Shown here in pieces: positions 1-9,260 of a stretch of DNA of 64,000 bases. How positions within the stretch are numbered: position 1 is the first letter of the stretch; each line of letters begins with the position of its first letter. Location: positions 44,578-108,577 of IMG/VR virus record IMGVR_UViG_3300037486_000582; one strand, 5' to 3'. Below the pieces are notes generated by a model. That model made no database searches and was not told the DNA's origin. It saw nothing but the letters and a program-made list of their open reading frames with translations. This DNA is from a virus. The translations under genes were made by a program, and so were the position numbers.

Positions 1-3000
1 GCCGTGGCAGGAAGTTACCCTTGGCGTCCACGCCCATGATCTCGCCGTCGAGGATGAAGTTGCCTCCGACCTTCCGCAAGTCTGCCGTGAGCCCAGGAAG
101 AACGGAGGAGAGGTCGCGCTTCCTGTCCTCCGTGAAGACAAGCACACCGCCGTCCTCCACGCCGGGAGCCACACCGGCGTCCCAGGACTCAGCAACGGCG
201 CGGAAGCCGTTGTACTTGGGCTCGACCTGGACTCCGTCACGGACGAGCTGGTCCGTGAAGACGGTCCGCGCCGCGAGGTCGGCGTCGGTGAACGTGGACG
301 TCTCGCGTTTCGCCGGCTTCATCGGCTGGAACAGGGCTGGCGGACGGAGCAACGTGCGGTCGCCGCCCTTGTCGTCGGTATCGTCGATGTCGGCCGGGTC
401 CCACACCTGTGTTCCATCTGACTGGACGCGGAATCGCTTCTCGGCCGGCTCCACCGGAGTGCTGCTCACGGTGCCGTTCGCGAGCGCGTGGACGTGCGTG
501 TTGCCGCGCAACGCCGGGCCGCCGGTGCGCCCAGCGTCGGCGAGGCCGTGGACGTGCGCCTGGCCGCCGCGTTCGGTTGTCGTAACCCCGCCGCCGGGCA
601 GCCGGTGGCTGTGACCTTGTGCCTCCGTCTGCTTCGGAATGGCGCGCCGCGGGTCGGACCCCGGGCTGAACTGGAACAGGTCTGAGTCGACCTCCTCAGC
701 GACGAGCGTGAACAATCCCTTGAGCCGCTGACCGCCGAGCCGGAACTTCAGGAACGCGCGCTGGGCGTCGAGGAGGTCGGCGCGACCGCTGTCGATCCGC
801 TGGATGCCGGACGCCGTGTTCTTCGTATCGTTCAGCGCCAGCCCGGCGACGCGCGTCCCTGGAGCCACGTCGCCTTCGAAGTTGAGCAGCGCGTTGCCGG
901 CCTCCTGTCTGACGCCGGCAATGACCTCCTCACCCGAGAGCGGATCGCGCTGGAGCTGGAAGTCCCACACCCCGGAGCCGTCCGGTTTCCCCAGGACCAG
1001 GTGCCACACCTGACGACTCGGCGCCGCACGGACGACGGTCTGTCCCTTCCACCACTGCCAGAGCAGCGCGAAGGGCACGCGCTCCTGTTTCGCGACGGGC
1101 TCCGTCTCTTCTTCCTCCGGGTCGTACCCCTCTCGGAGAACCTTCCGCTCGCTCCTGCGGTACTGGAACTCCCCATCGAGGACGACGTTCTCCTCCGTGA
1201 AGAAGCGGGCGTCCACGAGCGCGTCTCGGATGCGCCGCGCCTCGGCCTCACTGTCCGCGAGCCAGAACCTGTACTCCCGCGGCGTCGCCTGCATGAGCGT
1301 CGTAGGCATCCCGCTCTGCCCAAGCGGGGGCATCGTCTCGTTGTCGACGGAGTGCCGGCGCAACACGCCGGGGAGCAGCACCTTGTTGAACCCGCCCGTC
1401 CAGAAGGTTTCGCCCTCCTGCGCGACGCCTTCCTCCATTGGCTGGTCCCCGCCTTCCAGCATCCGGAAGGTCAGCGTCCCACTGAACTTCGGGTCACCCG
1501 TGAGGAAGTACTCGTGCGAGAACGGCTTCTGCAGTCCCCACTCCGCCTGCGGTGTCGCCACCTCGACGTAGACCCCGGGCTCGTTCCGCGTCGCCCCGAC
1601 CCCGCCCGGCTCCACGACGACGTCGCCGAGGTCAAGCCAGACAGTCGGCTGCCGGCTCTTGGCCGCCGCGAAGATCCGGTCCGGGAGCATCATCGGCTTG
1701 GTGTAGCGGCTGCCGGCCACGTCGAAGGCGTCGGCAATGACGCGCGCCTCGGCAACCGTGTTGACCTCGGGGACGGCCCCAGCCTTCTGGAGCGCCATGG
1801 TCCAGCCGACCAGGAAGTCCTTCACCTGCATTCGGAGGTCGGCGTGCAGCGTCTTCCCGCGGAAGTGGAACTGCATCACGGCCGGCCGCTTGCCGGGCGC
1901 GTCGGGCCAGTCTTGAAGCGGGTCGTCCTGCTTCGCTGTGAGTGCCATCTCCTTGACGGTTCGGTCCTCGTGCGGAACGAGGACCAGGTCGTACAAGGCG
2001 ACGTGGTTCGTGTACGGGCCGCCCTGCCCCTCCGTGTGGAACTGCACCCGCTGAGAGAGCCGCGGCCCGAGCGCGCGTCCGAGGCGAAACTTGATGACGT
2101 GCTCCGTGTCCGCGTCGAACGGGCCACGAATCAGAAGGTCGATGTCGTTCTCGCTCTTACCCGCGTTGCAGACCGAGCCGACCAGGTAGACGGCCGGCAT
2201 CCGCAACGCCATCGGCTTCGACAGGGCGCCGAGAACCTCGGTCAGCGCGACCGGGTCGTCGGCATGGACAGCGGCCCCTCCGGGATAGATGGGGGCGAAC
2301 TGCCCGTCTCCATCCACGTCGCCCTTCGACATGCCCCGCCGGAGCAACGCGGTCGTCTCCTCCGCGAGCGGGTCGACCTCGACGGTCTGCACGTTCCGGC
2401 GCTCGAGCTCGCGGAGCAGCATGATGTGGGCGTTGACCACGTCCTCCCGCGTGACGCCTTCCGCCCTGGTCGTGCGCGGAGGGAAGGCTCGGGCGAACAG
2501 CCTGTGAAGCTCCCTGTCCATGGAGATGAGCTGCCCGTCCGGCTCCGTCGCGAGCGCCTCCGGGCTCGGGTCGGCGACGAACTCCTGAATCGCCTTGAGC
2601 GTCCTGTCGCGAAGGGCATCGTCGATGGTCAACTGCCTGGACTTCTCGACGTCCCTGTCGAAGTCCACCGTGGCGCCGAACCGCCGGCCGCCGGGCGGCT
2701 GCTTCAGCCGAAGCGGTGGCTCGAACAGCACGACCAGGTTCAAGGGCAGGTACCAGATGCTCTGCTCGGTGGCGAACTCCCTGGCCGAGAACTCGTCGAC
2801 TCCGGCCCGCTGTTCCGCCGTGAGCTGCGCCATCGAGTCGATCTGCACCGGGTCGTCCTGAGCAACGACAGCCCAGACGTAAGCTCCGTCGAAGTCCGCT
2901 GGCGCGACCTCGTTGACGAGCGCCTGGGGCTGGCCGACGCGGGTCGTGCGCCGCCGCCTGGAGAGCAGCCCGGCCGTCTGCCCAGCCCGCAGCCTTGCGA

Positions 3001-4558
3001 TGAAGTGCTTCGGGTCCGGCACCTTGAGCGCCGGAAGCTCTCCGCGCGGCGGCTCGGCCTGCCACACCATGACCGGAACGAGCCCGCGCGACGTGATGAC
3101 CGCCGCTCCAAGTTCCTCGATGTCGCCGGACTGGGCAAGGGAACAGACCGCCGGGTCCAGGAACGCTGCCTTCCGCGCCTCGCGAACGACGTCCGCCGCG
3201 AGGTCGACGTGCGCGCCCTGGGCACGCCCCGCAGGGGCAGCCCGAAGCTGAAGCGGTGGGCTGAACGACCGGACGACTGTGGCCGGGATGTAGAAGAGGC
3301 TCTCCGCCTTGGCGAAGTACGCCTTCGTCTGCTCCGCGACGTGAGCAGCGCGGCCGCCGAGGGCTTCGACGGAAGCCACGCGCTCCGCGTCCCCAAGGGT
3401 AGCGACTGCCCAGACGAACGAGTCGGAGAAGCCCAGCGGCTCCAACTCGTTCACGAGCGCCTGCTGGACCCCGGTGCGCCCGCGCATCGCCGTCGAGGAG
3501 AGAACGCCGACAGGCAAGCCCTGGCGTGCACGCTCGAGCAGGAACCGCGGGTTGGGCACACGCAGCGTCGGGAAGGAGCCGGATTCCGCCATGAAGACCT
3601 GGACGTCTCGAACGACGACCTGTGGGCCAGTCGGAACGTTCGTCTCCAGGGGTTCCGGGAAGGCGGCGACAACCTTGACCGGCCAAGCGTACAGCGGAGC
3701 AGCACACCAAGACGGCTGCGCCCCGCACCATTCGGCGCGGATGGCCTGCGTGATCCTGTGCTCGTCTTCGCGGGCAGCGAACTGCTCATCCGAGAGCTCC
3801 GCGACGGTGCCAAGTTCAACGACGCCGAGCGCTCGCCTCCCGTTGAGCAGCACGTACCGCGCCTCTCCGATGTCGAGCGGGCGGCTCTTGACGAGCAACG
3901 TCTTCTCCCCGGACAGGATGGCCTCGGCCATGGCCATCGGAGAGACGGCAAGCCCAACGGTCGGAAGATCGTCGTCCTGCTTGCCGAGGCCGACGACGAC
4001 CCCGGGATGGACCGCTTCGGACAACGCGCGCAATGCGGAACGCGCAAGGCTCGTCAGGACGGTCGGGCCGAATCGCAGCGTGTGCGTGTGCTCGCCGTCC
4101 ATCACCGTTCGCGCGCCGGCGAGCGCGTGCGGGTGAAGCCCGGCCGTCTCGGTGATCAGTTCGACGCCGTCGCCGAGCGCCACGACGTGGCGGTGCCCGC
4201 TTCCAGCCGGAGCAGCCGCCCCGTCCACGATCTGGTGGGCGTGCGGTCCATCGCTGTTCGTCACGAGCATCGCCCCGGCCGGAAGCGTAACCCGTTCGCC
4301 GCCGGCCAGGCCGACGATGGTGGTCCCGCCGAGGTGGAAGACGTGCTGATGGAGCCCGCCCAGGCCGGTCTCCGTCGTGGACGATACGTCGTGGACGTGG
4401 GCGCCGGAGGCACACTCGAGATCGCCGAGCCTGTGCATCATGTCGATCTGCGTGCGCTCCGCGTCCTTCGCGCGTTCAGCGAGCAGCGCCTCGGCGTTCT
4501 TCAGCGCCACGTCCATACGACGCTCGAGCTCCTCTCGCGGTGTGCAGGCAGCCGTCAT
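1..4558 (-). CDS. Giant multidomain head-module protein (>=1519 aa, 3' end beyond window): HxH repeats, 3x ASCH-like, pol-beta-type nucleotidyltransferase, 2x LigD phosphoesterase-like, ATP-dependent DNA ligase
   Basis: Manual translation from ATG 4558 (ATGA overlap with the upstream stop), open to the window edge. Motifs: YLVGSVCNAGKSENDIDLLIRG (~2120-2195), MQFHFRGKTLHADLR (~1832-1876), FEGDVAPG...IDSG...LKFRLGGQRLKGLFTLV (~700-880), EPKYNGFR (~198-225), ILDGEIM (~35-57). Confidence 0.85.
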   Translation of the reverse strand, partial: MTAACTPREELERRMDVALKNAEALLAERAKDAERTQIDMMHRLGDLECASGAHVHDVSSTTETGLGGLHQHVFHLGGTTIVGLAGGERVTLPAGAMLVTNSDGPHAHQIVDGAAAPAGSGHRHVVALGDGVELITETAGLHPHALAGARTVMDGEHTHTLRFGPTVLTSLARSALRALSEAVHPGVVVGLGKQDDDLPTVGLAVSPMAMAEAILSGEKTLLVKSRPLDIGEARYVLLNGRRALGVVELGTVAELSDEQFAAREDEHRITQAIRAEWCGAQPSWCAAPLYAWPVKVVAAFPEPLETNVPTGPQVVVRDVQVFMAESGSFPTLRVPNPRFLLERARQGLPVGVLSSTAMRGRTGVQQALVNELEPLGFSDSFVWAVATLGDAERVASVEALGGRAAHVAEQTKAYFAKAESLFYIPATVVRSFSPPLQLRAAPAGRAQGAHVDLAADVVREARKAAFLDPAVCSLAQSGDIEELGAAVITSRGLVPVMVWQAEPPRGELPALKVPDPKHFIARLRAGQTAGLLSRRRRTTRVGQPQALVNEVAPADFDGAYVWAVVAQDDPVQIDSMAQLTAEQRAGVDEFSAREFATEQSIWYLPLNLVVLFEPPLRLKQPPGGRRFGATVDFDRDVEKSRQLTIDDALRDRTLKAIQEFVADPSPEALATEPDGQLISMDRELHRLFARAFPPRTTRAEGVTREDVVNAHIMLLRELERRNVQTVEVDPLAEETTALLRRGMSKGDVDGDGQFAPIYPGGAAVHADDPVALTEVLGALSKPMALRMPAVYLVGSVCNAGKSENDIDLLIRGPFDADTEHVIKFRLGRALGPRLSQRVQFHTEGQGGPYTNHVALYDLVLVPHEDRTVKEMALTAKQDDPLQDWPDAPGKRPAVMQFHFRGKTLHADLRMQVKDFLVGWTMALQKAGAVPEVNTVAEARVIADAFDVAGSRYTKPMMLPDRIFAAAKSRQPTVWLDLGDVVVEPGGVGATRNEPGVYVEVATPQAEWGLQKPFSHEYFLTGDPKFSGTLTFRMLEGGDQPMEEGVAQEGETFWTGGFNKVLLPGVLRRHSVDNETMPPLGQSGMPTTLMQATPREYRFWLADSEAEARRIRDALVDARFFTEENVVLDGEFQYRRSERKVLREGYDPEEEETEPVAKQERVPFALLWQWWKGQTVVRAAPSRQVWHLVLGKPDGSGVWDFQLQRDPLSGEEVIAGVRQEAGNALLNFEGDVAPGTRVAGLALNDTKNTASGIQRIDSGRADLLDAQRAFLKFRLGGQRLKGLFTLVAEEVDSDLFQFSPGSDPRRAIPKQTEAQGHSHRLPGGGVTTTERGGQAHVHGLADAGRTGGPALRGNTHVHALANGTVSSTPVEPAEKRFRVQSDGTQVWDPADIDDTDDKGGDRTLLRPPALFQPMKPAKRETSTFTDADLAARTVFTDQLVRDGVQVEPKYNGFRAVAESWDAGVAPGVEDGGVLVFTEDRKRDLSSVLPGLTADLRKVGGNFILDGEIMGVDAKGNFLPR

Positions 4559-4902
4559 GTCGTCACCTTCGGCCCCTCCGGTGGACCCCAAGCCCGCTCC
4601 GGAGCGGGCGGTTCCCACACGGTTCCGTCCAGCGTCGCACGCAGCGCCCGCGGAAGCGAGTCCAGCGCACGCTGGGTGCTGTAGTGGAGGTCCACGCGGA
4701 GCTTCGCGAACCAGTCGTAGCAGATGTTCGCCCTCCGCTTCACCTCGGCCTCCGTCGGAGCAACCGAGACGGTGACGATGAGGCTCGCCGCCCGGTCCTC
4801 CACGAAGCTGTTGCGAACGACCCGCCCGACCGCGGCAAAGACACGGCGCAGAGAGGCCTCGTCCTTCACTAGAGCGACCAGGAACTCGCGCTTCGTTGAC
4901 AT
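4555..4902 (-). CDS. hypothetical protein
   Basis: ATG 4902 after GGGGAAGG; stop overlaps the giant ORF start. Confidence 0.6.
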   Translation of the reverse strand: MSTKREFLVALVKDEASLRRVFAAVGRVVRNSFVEDRAASLIVTVSVAPTEAEVKRRANICYDWFAKLRVDLHYSTQRALDSLPRALRATLDGTVWEPPAPERAWGPPEGPKVTT

Positions 4903-4913
4903 CCTTCCCCTCG

Positions 4914-6158
4914 TTACAGGACAGGGACCGTCGTGCACCGGCAGCTCGCGTGAGCGGGAGGCACCATCGCCCCGCCACCGCTCCCCGCCCCGCCACCGAC
5001 CGGCCTGTAGACGCCGACTCGGTCGACGACCCCGAACCCGCGCTGCTGAATCTGTGCGACGGGCGGACCGAGCGGACCGCCGCGCGGAGAGACATGAATT
5101 TGGTCCCCGACGACCCTGTACCACGCCGACATGTTGACCGCGGCTTCAGGGTCGGGGCTCCGCAGGGCGGCTTCGGTGCGCGTCAGCGACGACTCGACGG
5201 GGAACTGCTGGCCGTGTAGCCAACGGCACGTCTCACACGTCCGCTCGTCGAGGACAGCCTCCCACGTGTAGGAGTCGATCTCGGCCACGCCGTAACCAAC
5301 CATCTGTCCGTAGGACCGGGCCTGGGCGACGGCCGCACTCGCGACGGCGCGGTAGTAGTTCTCGTCCCGTCCAAGAGCAGCACCGCGCATAGCCACGGCG
5401 AGGTCTTGTGCGATTTGCCTGTAGCCGAGCCCCTCGGCGGCACCCTCGCCAACGATGCGCCGAGCAGCCCGGGAGAACCGCTCACTTCGGCGAGCGAACT
5501 CGTCGGAGATGAAGACGGACCCGTTCCGTCCGATTCTCCGGGCGAGCTCCCGTTCGACCGGACTGAACGTGAAGGCCAACCCGCGAGCAGCCGTCGCCCC
5601 CAACGCTGACCTCTGGGCGACGGACGCCGCAACCTGCTGAAGCTGGCCGAGCGCACCTTCTCGGAAGTCCCGGCTCCCCGGGATGTCCCGTACTGCAGTC
5701 GCCAGCATGGCGATGGCGTTGTCGACCTGAGCCGCGGTCATGGTTGGCCACGGTCGGCGGAGCTGGTCCAGCGCACGACGAAGGGTCCTCCGTGCTGACG
5801 CACGGCTGGTGGCCCGGAGAGCGCGTTCCAAGCGTTCGATGGCCAACGCAAACGCACGACGAGACAGCGGGAGGTCCGCCTTCTCGACGGTCACCGTGTC
5901 CTGCTGGAACGGCCAGAGCCAGAGGCCACTCTGCGTCTGGATGGCGCCACGGTAGACGAGGACATCGCGCTCGGTCGCCTCGGCCAACGCCTTCGCAGCC
6001 GGCCCGACCTCCCGGGCATCGGCGATGCGATGCAGCAGGCCGATCTCTGGAATCGCAATTGCGACCGCACCGCAGGCCGTCAGGGCAGGCGGGTCCGCGA
6101 ACAGGACGCCCCGTGGGTCGCCCACCTCGGTCCAGGGCGGTCCGAGCAACGCGGTCAT
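4914..6158 (-). CDS. MuF / SPP1 gp7-family minor head morphogenesis protein
   Basis: YTWEAVLDERTCETC and C-terminal PPAHASCRCT motifs; downstream of portal. Confidence 0.85.
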   Translation of the reverse strand: MTALLGPPWTEVGDPRGVLFADPPALTACGAVAIAIPEIGLLHRIADAREVGPAAKALAEATERDVLVYRGAIQTQSGLWLWPFQQDTVTVEKADLPLSRRAFALAIERLERALRATSRASARRTLRRALDQLRRPWPTMTAAQVDNAIAMLATAVRDIPGSRDFREGALGQLQQVAASVAQRSALGATAARGLAFTFSPVERELARRIGRNGSVFISDEFARRSERFSRAARRIVGEGAAEGLGYRQIAQDLAVAMRGAALGRDENYYRAVASAAVAQARSYGQMVGYGVAEIDSYTWEAVLDERTCETCRWLHGQQFPVESSLTRTEAALRSPDPEAAVNMSAWYRVVGDQIHVSPRGGPLGPPVAQIQQRGFGVVDRVGVYRPVGGGAGSGGGAMVPPAHASCRCTTVPVL

Positions 6159-6161
6159 CGC

Positions 6162-6617
6162 TCAGACGGCGTCCCTGGGCATCGGAGCTCCGCCGGTCGC
6201 GCAGAGCACAACGTCCGTCGCCCCGGCCGCCACGTAGGCCGTGATACGGAACGCGACCAGGTGTCCGTCCACCGGAACCTGCGCGCTGGCGGCCAGCCCG
6301 GTCAAGCCACCGACCGACGTGAGCGTCTTCCAGCGCCGTCCGAGCGGAGCAGCGGCGTCCGGCGTCGCGACCATTGGCAGGACGTCGACGGACCCGCCGT
6401 CCACTGGTGCCCCGGTCGGGCCACGGAAGTCGGCGATCAGCCTGACGCTCAGCCACTCTCGAGCATCGAGGATGACGACGTCGGGGCCGAGCTCACCCGC
6501 GTTCCTGTTGTCCGGTGTCCAGAGACCCGACACCGGAGCGTCCGGCGCGTTCCGCGGAGCCCGGACGTCTGTCTTCGCACTCGGACTGTAGAGCCTACGC
6601 TTCGTGGGAGCTGTCAT
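6162..6617 (-). CDS. hypothetical protein (head module)
   Basis: 151-aa ORF with GAGGAGG RBS between portal and MuF. Confidence 0.6.
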   Translation of the reverse strand: MTAPTKRRLYSPSAKTDVRAPRNAPDAPVSGLWTPDNRNAGELGPDVVILDAREWLSVRLIADFRGPTGAPVDGGSVDVLPMVATPDAAAPLGRRWKTLTSVGGLTGLAASAQVPVDGHLVAFRITAYVAAGATDVVLCATGGAPMPRDAV

Positions 6618-8481
6618 CTGCGTCCTCCTCGTGCCCGAGCGGGTTCGAAGCCGCCCGAGCAGCCGCGGCGTCCAGTGCGGCCAGCGCGCTGTCGCCTTCC
6701 GTGTGCGTCCTGCGTCGGCCGAGGGCGAGCCCTTGGTGCGACAAGTTCACGAGGTCTTGCGCCTCGGCGACGTCGAGCCCGGCGACCGCCGGTGGCATGT
6801 CCTCCGGTGCGCCCTCCACCGGAGGGGCGAAGCCGGCGAGCGTGAGCTGGATCGGCTGCTTCGCCCACGGCAGGTCCAGCGGGTCGAGCTCGTGGCCGAG
6901 GATGTCGCTCGAAAGGTAGCGTGCTTCGTTCGGGGTGATTGCCCCGACCTTCGCCAGATCGAGGATGACAGCCGCCACCCGTTCCGGGTCGCGGGTCTGC
7001 GGCCCGAGCGAGCGGAAGGTCCACATTCGGATGTCGAGCATCGGAAGGATGACCCTGTTCAGCCAGGAGTCGAACTCCTTCCGCTCGGGCTCGAACACCT
7101 GCTCGTCGGCAAAGCGCAAACTCGCGTCGGCCGTGGACTTGTTGAAGTCGCGCACGTCACCGCGGAGCAGCCGGGGCAGGCGGAAGGAGCTGCCGATCTT
7201 GTCCACGTTCCGCTCGTCGTACTTCTGGAACATGGCGTCGCCCTTCTGCACGTCGCCGAGGCGTTCGAACGTGAGCCGCGGGTGCTCGTGCGGCGACATC
7301 GGGTCGCCTTCGTCGTCGGCCTCGATGACCATGATCTTGTGGAAGTTCTCGCGCCCCTTGATGTGGTCGCGGATGAACGTCTCGATCCTGGTCACGCTCT
7401 CCGAGCTGAGCCGCCCGCCGGACACGAGCAGCGCCAGCGGCGGAATGGCCTTGTTGTCGAAGTAGGCGAAGTTGACCTCGTCCGACGCCCGGCTGCCGAG
7501 GACCGCGAGCAGGTTCCCGATCCAGCGCGGGACACCGTAGGGCTCGCCAGTCCTGTGAATGCGGAAGTGGACCATCTCGGTCGCCTGGTGCTCGCGACCG
7601 CGGGTCTGCTCCGCGAAGACCGCCAGGTTCGCATAGATGCGCCCAGTCTCTCTGGAGACGACCCGCGGGTCGCCAAACTGCTTGAACCAGATGATCTTTG
7701 AACCGACCGCCTGGACGTAGCGGCGGAAGAACTTCGGCTGGTAGATGACCTCCCAGCCAAGCCCGAGGTGGACGCGGTCGGGTACCATGACAGGAATCTC
7801 GTCCAGCGCGGTGCAGCGGACGTGTGTCGGCGGCACCCCAACGAAGCGACTCACCTCCCCGACGCGGTTCCGAAGGATCTCCCAGAAGCCGTTGCCGACG
7901 ATCTCAAGGTCCTGTCTCGTGTGGCGGCGAAGCGTCTCGAAACTCCCGTCTGGGTAGACGCCTTCGAAGAACGAGTCGAGCCGCGCCTTCTCGAACCGCG
8001 CTCGGATGCGGAGTGCCTCGACGGTCTTCGCGACCACCTCGTCCGTCGGAAGGTACTGCTCTGGGTCCTTGACCCGGCTCGCCTGTGCCAGCACGTCCGC
8101 GTCGTCCGCCGCGTCTCGGAGGTCGTCGCTCGCTGCCGTCGATGCCTCCGCCGCGCGCACGCGCTCGACCCACATGGCGTCGCGGACCTTCTCCTCCGCC
8201 TCCTCGCCGAACAGGTCGAACCGAGCAGCGAAGCGGTAGCCGAGGCCGTCGATGTTGGTGACGTACGCCTGGACGTTCTGCGGAAGGGCGCTGCTGTTTT
8301 CCCACATCCGCAGAAGGTCGATCGGATTGTACGGCGGTTCGAGGACACCGGCCTCGCGGAAGATGGACTGAAGCTGGTCCGTGTCCTCGCGAATGGAGAC
8401 CGGAGCGTGGACGGCTTGTCCGAGCAGCCGCGCCTTCAGCGTCGCGCGTGGTTCCTTCGGTTCTTCCTGTGCGTCGGCCAT
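6595..8481 (-). CDS. phage portal protein, PBSX/XkdE-like
   Basis: EPPY, DLEIVGNGFWEILRN, EMVHF...YGVPRW, YFDNKAIP, SFRLP and ITPNEAR motifs; follows the terminase. Confidence 0.9.
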   Translation of the reverse strand: MADAQEEPKEPRATLKARLLGQAVHAPVSIREDTDQLQSIFREAGVLEPPYNPIDLLRMWENSSALPQNVQAYVTNIDGLGYRFAARFDLFGEEAEEKVRDAMWVERVRAAEASTAASDDLRDAADDADVLAQASRVKDPEQYLPTDEVVAKTVEALRIRARFEKARLDSFFEGVYPDGSFETLRRHTRQDLEIVGNGFWEILRNRVGEVSRFVGVPPTHVRCTALDEIPVMVPDRVHLGLGWEVIYQPKFFRRYVQAVGSKIIWFKQFGDPRVVSRETGRIYANLAVFAEQTRGREHQATEMVHFRIHRTGEPYGVPRWIGNLLAVLGSRASDEVNFAYFDNKAIPPLALLVSGGRLSSESVTRIETFIRDHIKGRENFHKIMVIEADDEGDPMSPHEHPRLTFERLGDVQKGDAMFQKYDERNVDKIGSSFRLPRLLRGDVRDFNKSTADASLRFADEQVFEPERKEFDSWLNRVILPMLDIRMWTFRSLGPQTRDPERVAAVILDLAKVGAITPNEARYLSSDILGHELDPLDLPWAKQPIQLTLAGFAPPVEGAPEDMPPAVAGLDVAEAQDLVNLSHQGLALGRRRTHTEGDSALAALDAAAARAASNPLGHEEDADDSSHEA

Positions 8482-8519
8482 GGAGGGACGTTACCACGCC
8501 ACGGCCCGCGCTCCCAGGT

Positions 8520-8900
8520 TCACGTTGGCTGTTCGTCGGCGCCCGGTGGCACCGCTGCGCTCTCGGCCGGTGCCACCGCTGGTCCCTGGGCGGGCTCGGC
8601 GACGAGCTTCGCCCCGAACGCCTTGAGCTCCTCCTGGAGCTGGGCGATGCGCTCCTCCTGAAGCTGCTTCGCCCGCGCGACGCCGTTCATGAGTGCTTCG
8701 GCCAAGTTCGCTGCCGTCTCGGCGGACATCGACACGTCCGCGGTCGTCGAGCTGAACTGCATCTTGACCTGGCCTGCCGCGACCCCGACACGGATGTCGA
8801 TCGCCGGCCGCTTGCCGGAGCCGTTTCCCGCCGGACGTTGCCTGCCCGGTACGCGCCGCTTCCCGTTGTGCTTGTGGTTGCTCTTGCTCGACATCGTCAT
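8520..8900 (-). CDS. hypothetical protein with C-terminal coiled coil
   Basis: ATG 8900 after GGGGAAGG, overlapping the upstream stop. Confidence 0.55.
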   Translation of the reverse strand: MTMSSKSNHKHNGKRRVPGRQRPAGNGSGKRPAIDIRVGVAAGQVKMQFSSTTADVSMSAETAANLAEALMNGVARAKQLQEERIAQLQEELKAFGAKLVAEPAQGPAVAPAESAAVPPGADEQPT

Positions 8901-9163
8901 CCTTCCCCGGGCTCCGTGTCGTCGTCGCGGCCGCTCGCGCCAGACACGCTCACTTCCGAGCAGCCAGCACGCTGCAGCATCAGGTCGGCGGCGCACTCGG
9001 CCGAGCAGACGTGGAAGTCTCCAGCCCACCCTGGGAGACAGGTGGCGGTCCACGGCGACGGGAGCTGCTCGCCGTGCGCGATACCGTCGAACTGGGCCGC
9101 CCGCCCGCAGGCGTCGCAGACGACCAGACAGTGACCTTGGAAGCCCACGCCAGGAGCATACAC
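8897..9163 (-). CDS. small Cys-containing (Zn-ribbon-like) hypothetical protein
   Basis: CDACG ... CSAEC; start uncertain. Confidence 0.45.
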   Translation of the reverse strand: MYAPGVGFQGHCLVVCDACGRAAQFDGIAHGEQLPSPWTATCLPGWAGDFHVCSAECAADLMLQRAGCSEVSVSGASGRDDDTEPGEG

Positions 9164-9208
9164 GGACCTTGACGCCGGCGCAGCAGGAACGACACAATGA
9201 GAGCTCCT

Positions 9209-9254
9209 CCGGGGTCCACGGTGCCCTTCCCCCCCAGGGCACCGTGGACCCCGG
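9209..9254. repeat. perfect 19-bp inverted repeat (hairpin), 8-nt loop
   Basis: CCGGGGTCCACGGTGCCCT-TCCCCCCC-AGGGCACCGTGGACCCCGG just after the terL stop. Confidence 0.9.
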
Positions 9255-9260
9255 TTTCGC

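Noticed and set aside
1001-4684. 1227-aa plus-strand ORF
   Set aside because: Codon-register antisense shadow of the real minus-strand giant gene; no motifs, Arg/His/Val-rich shadow composition
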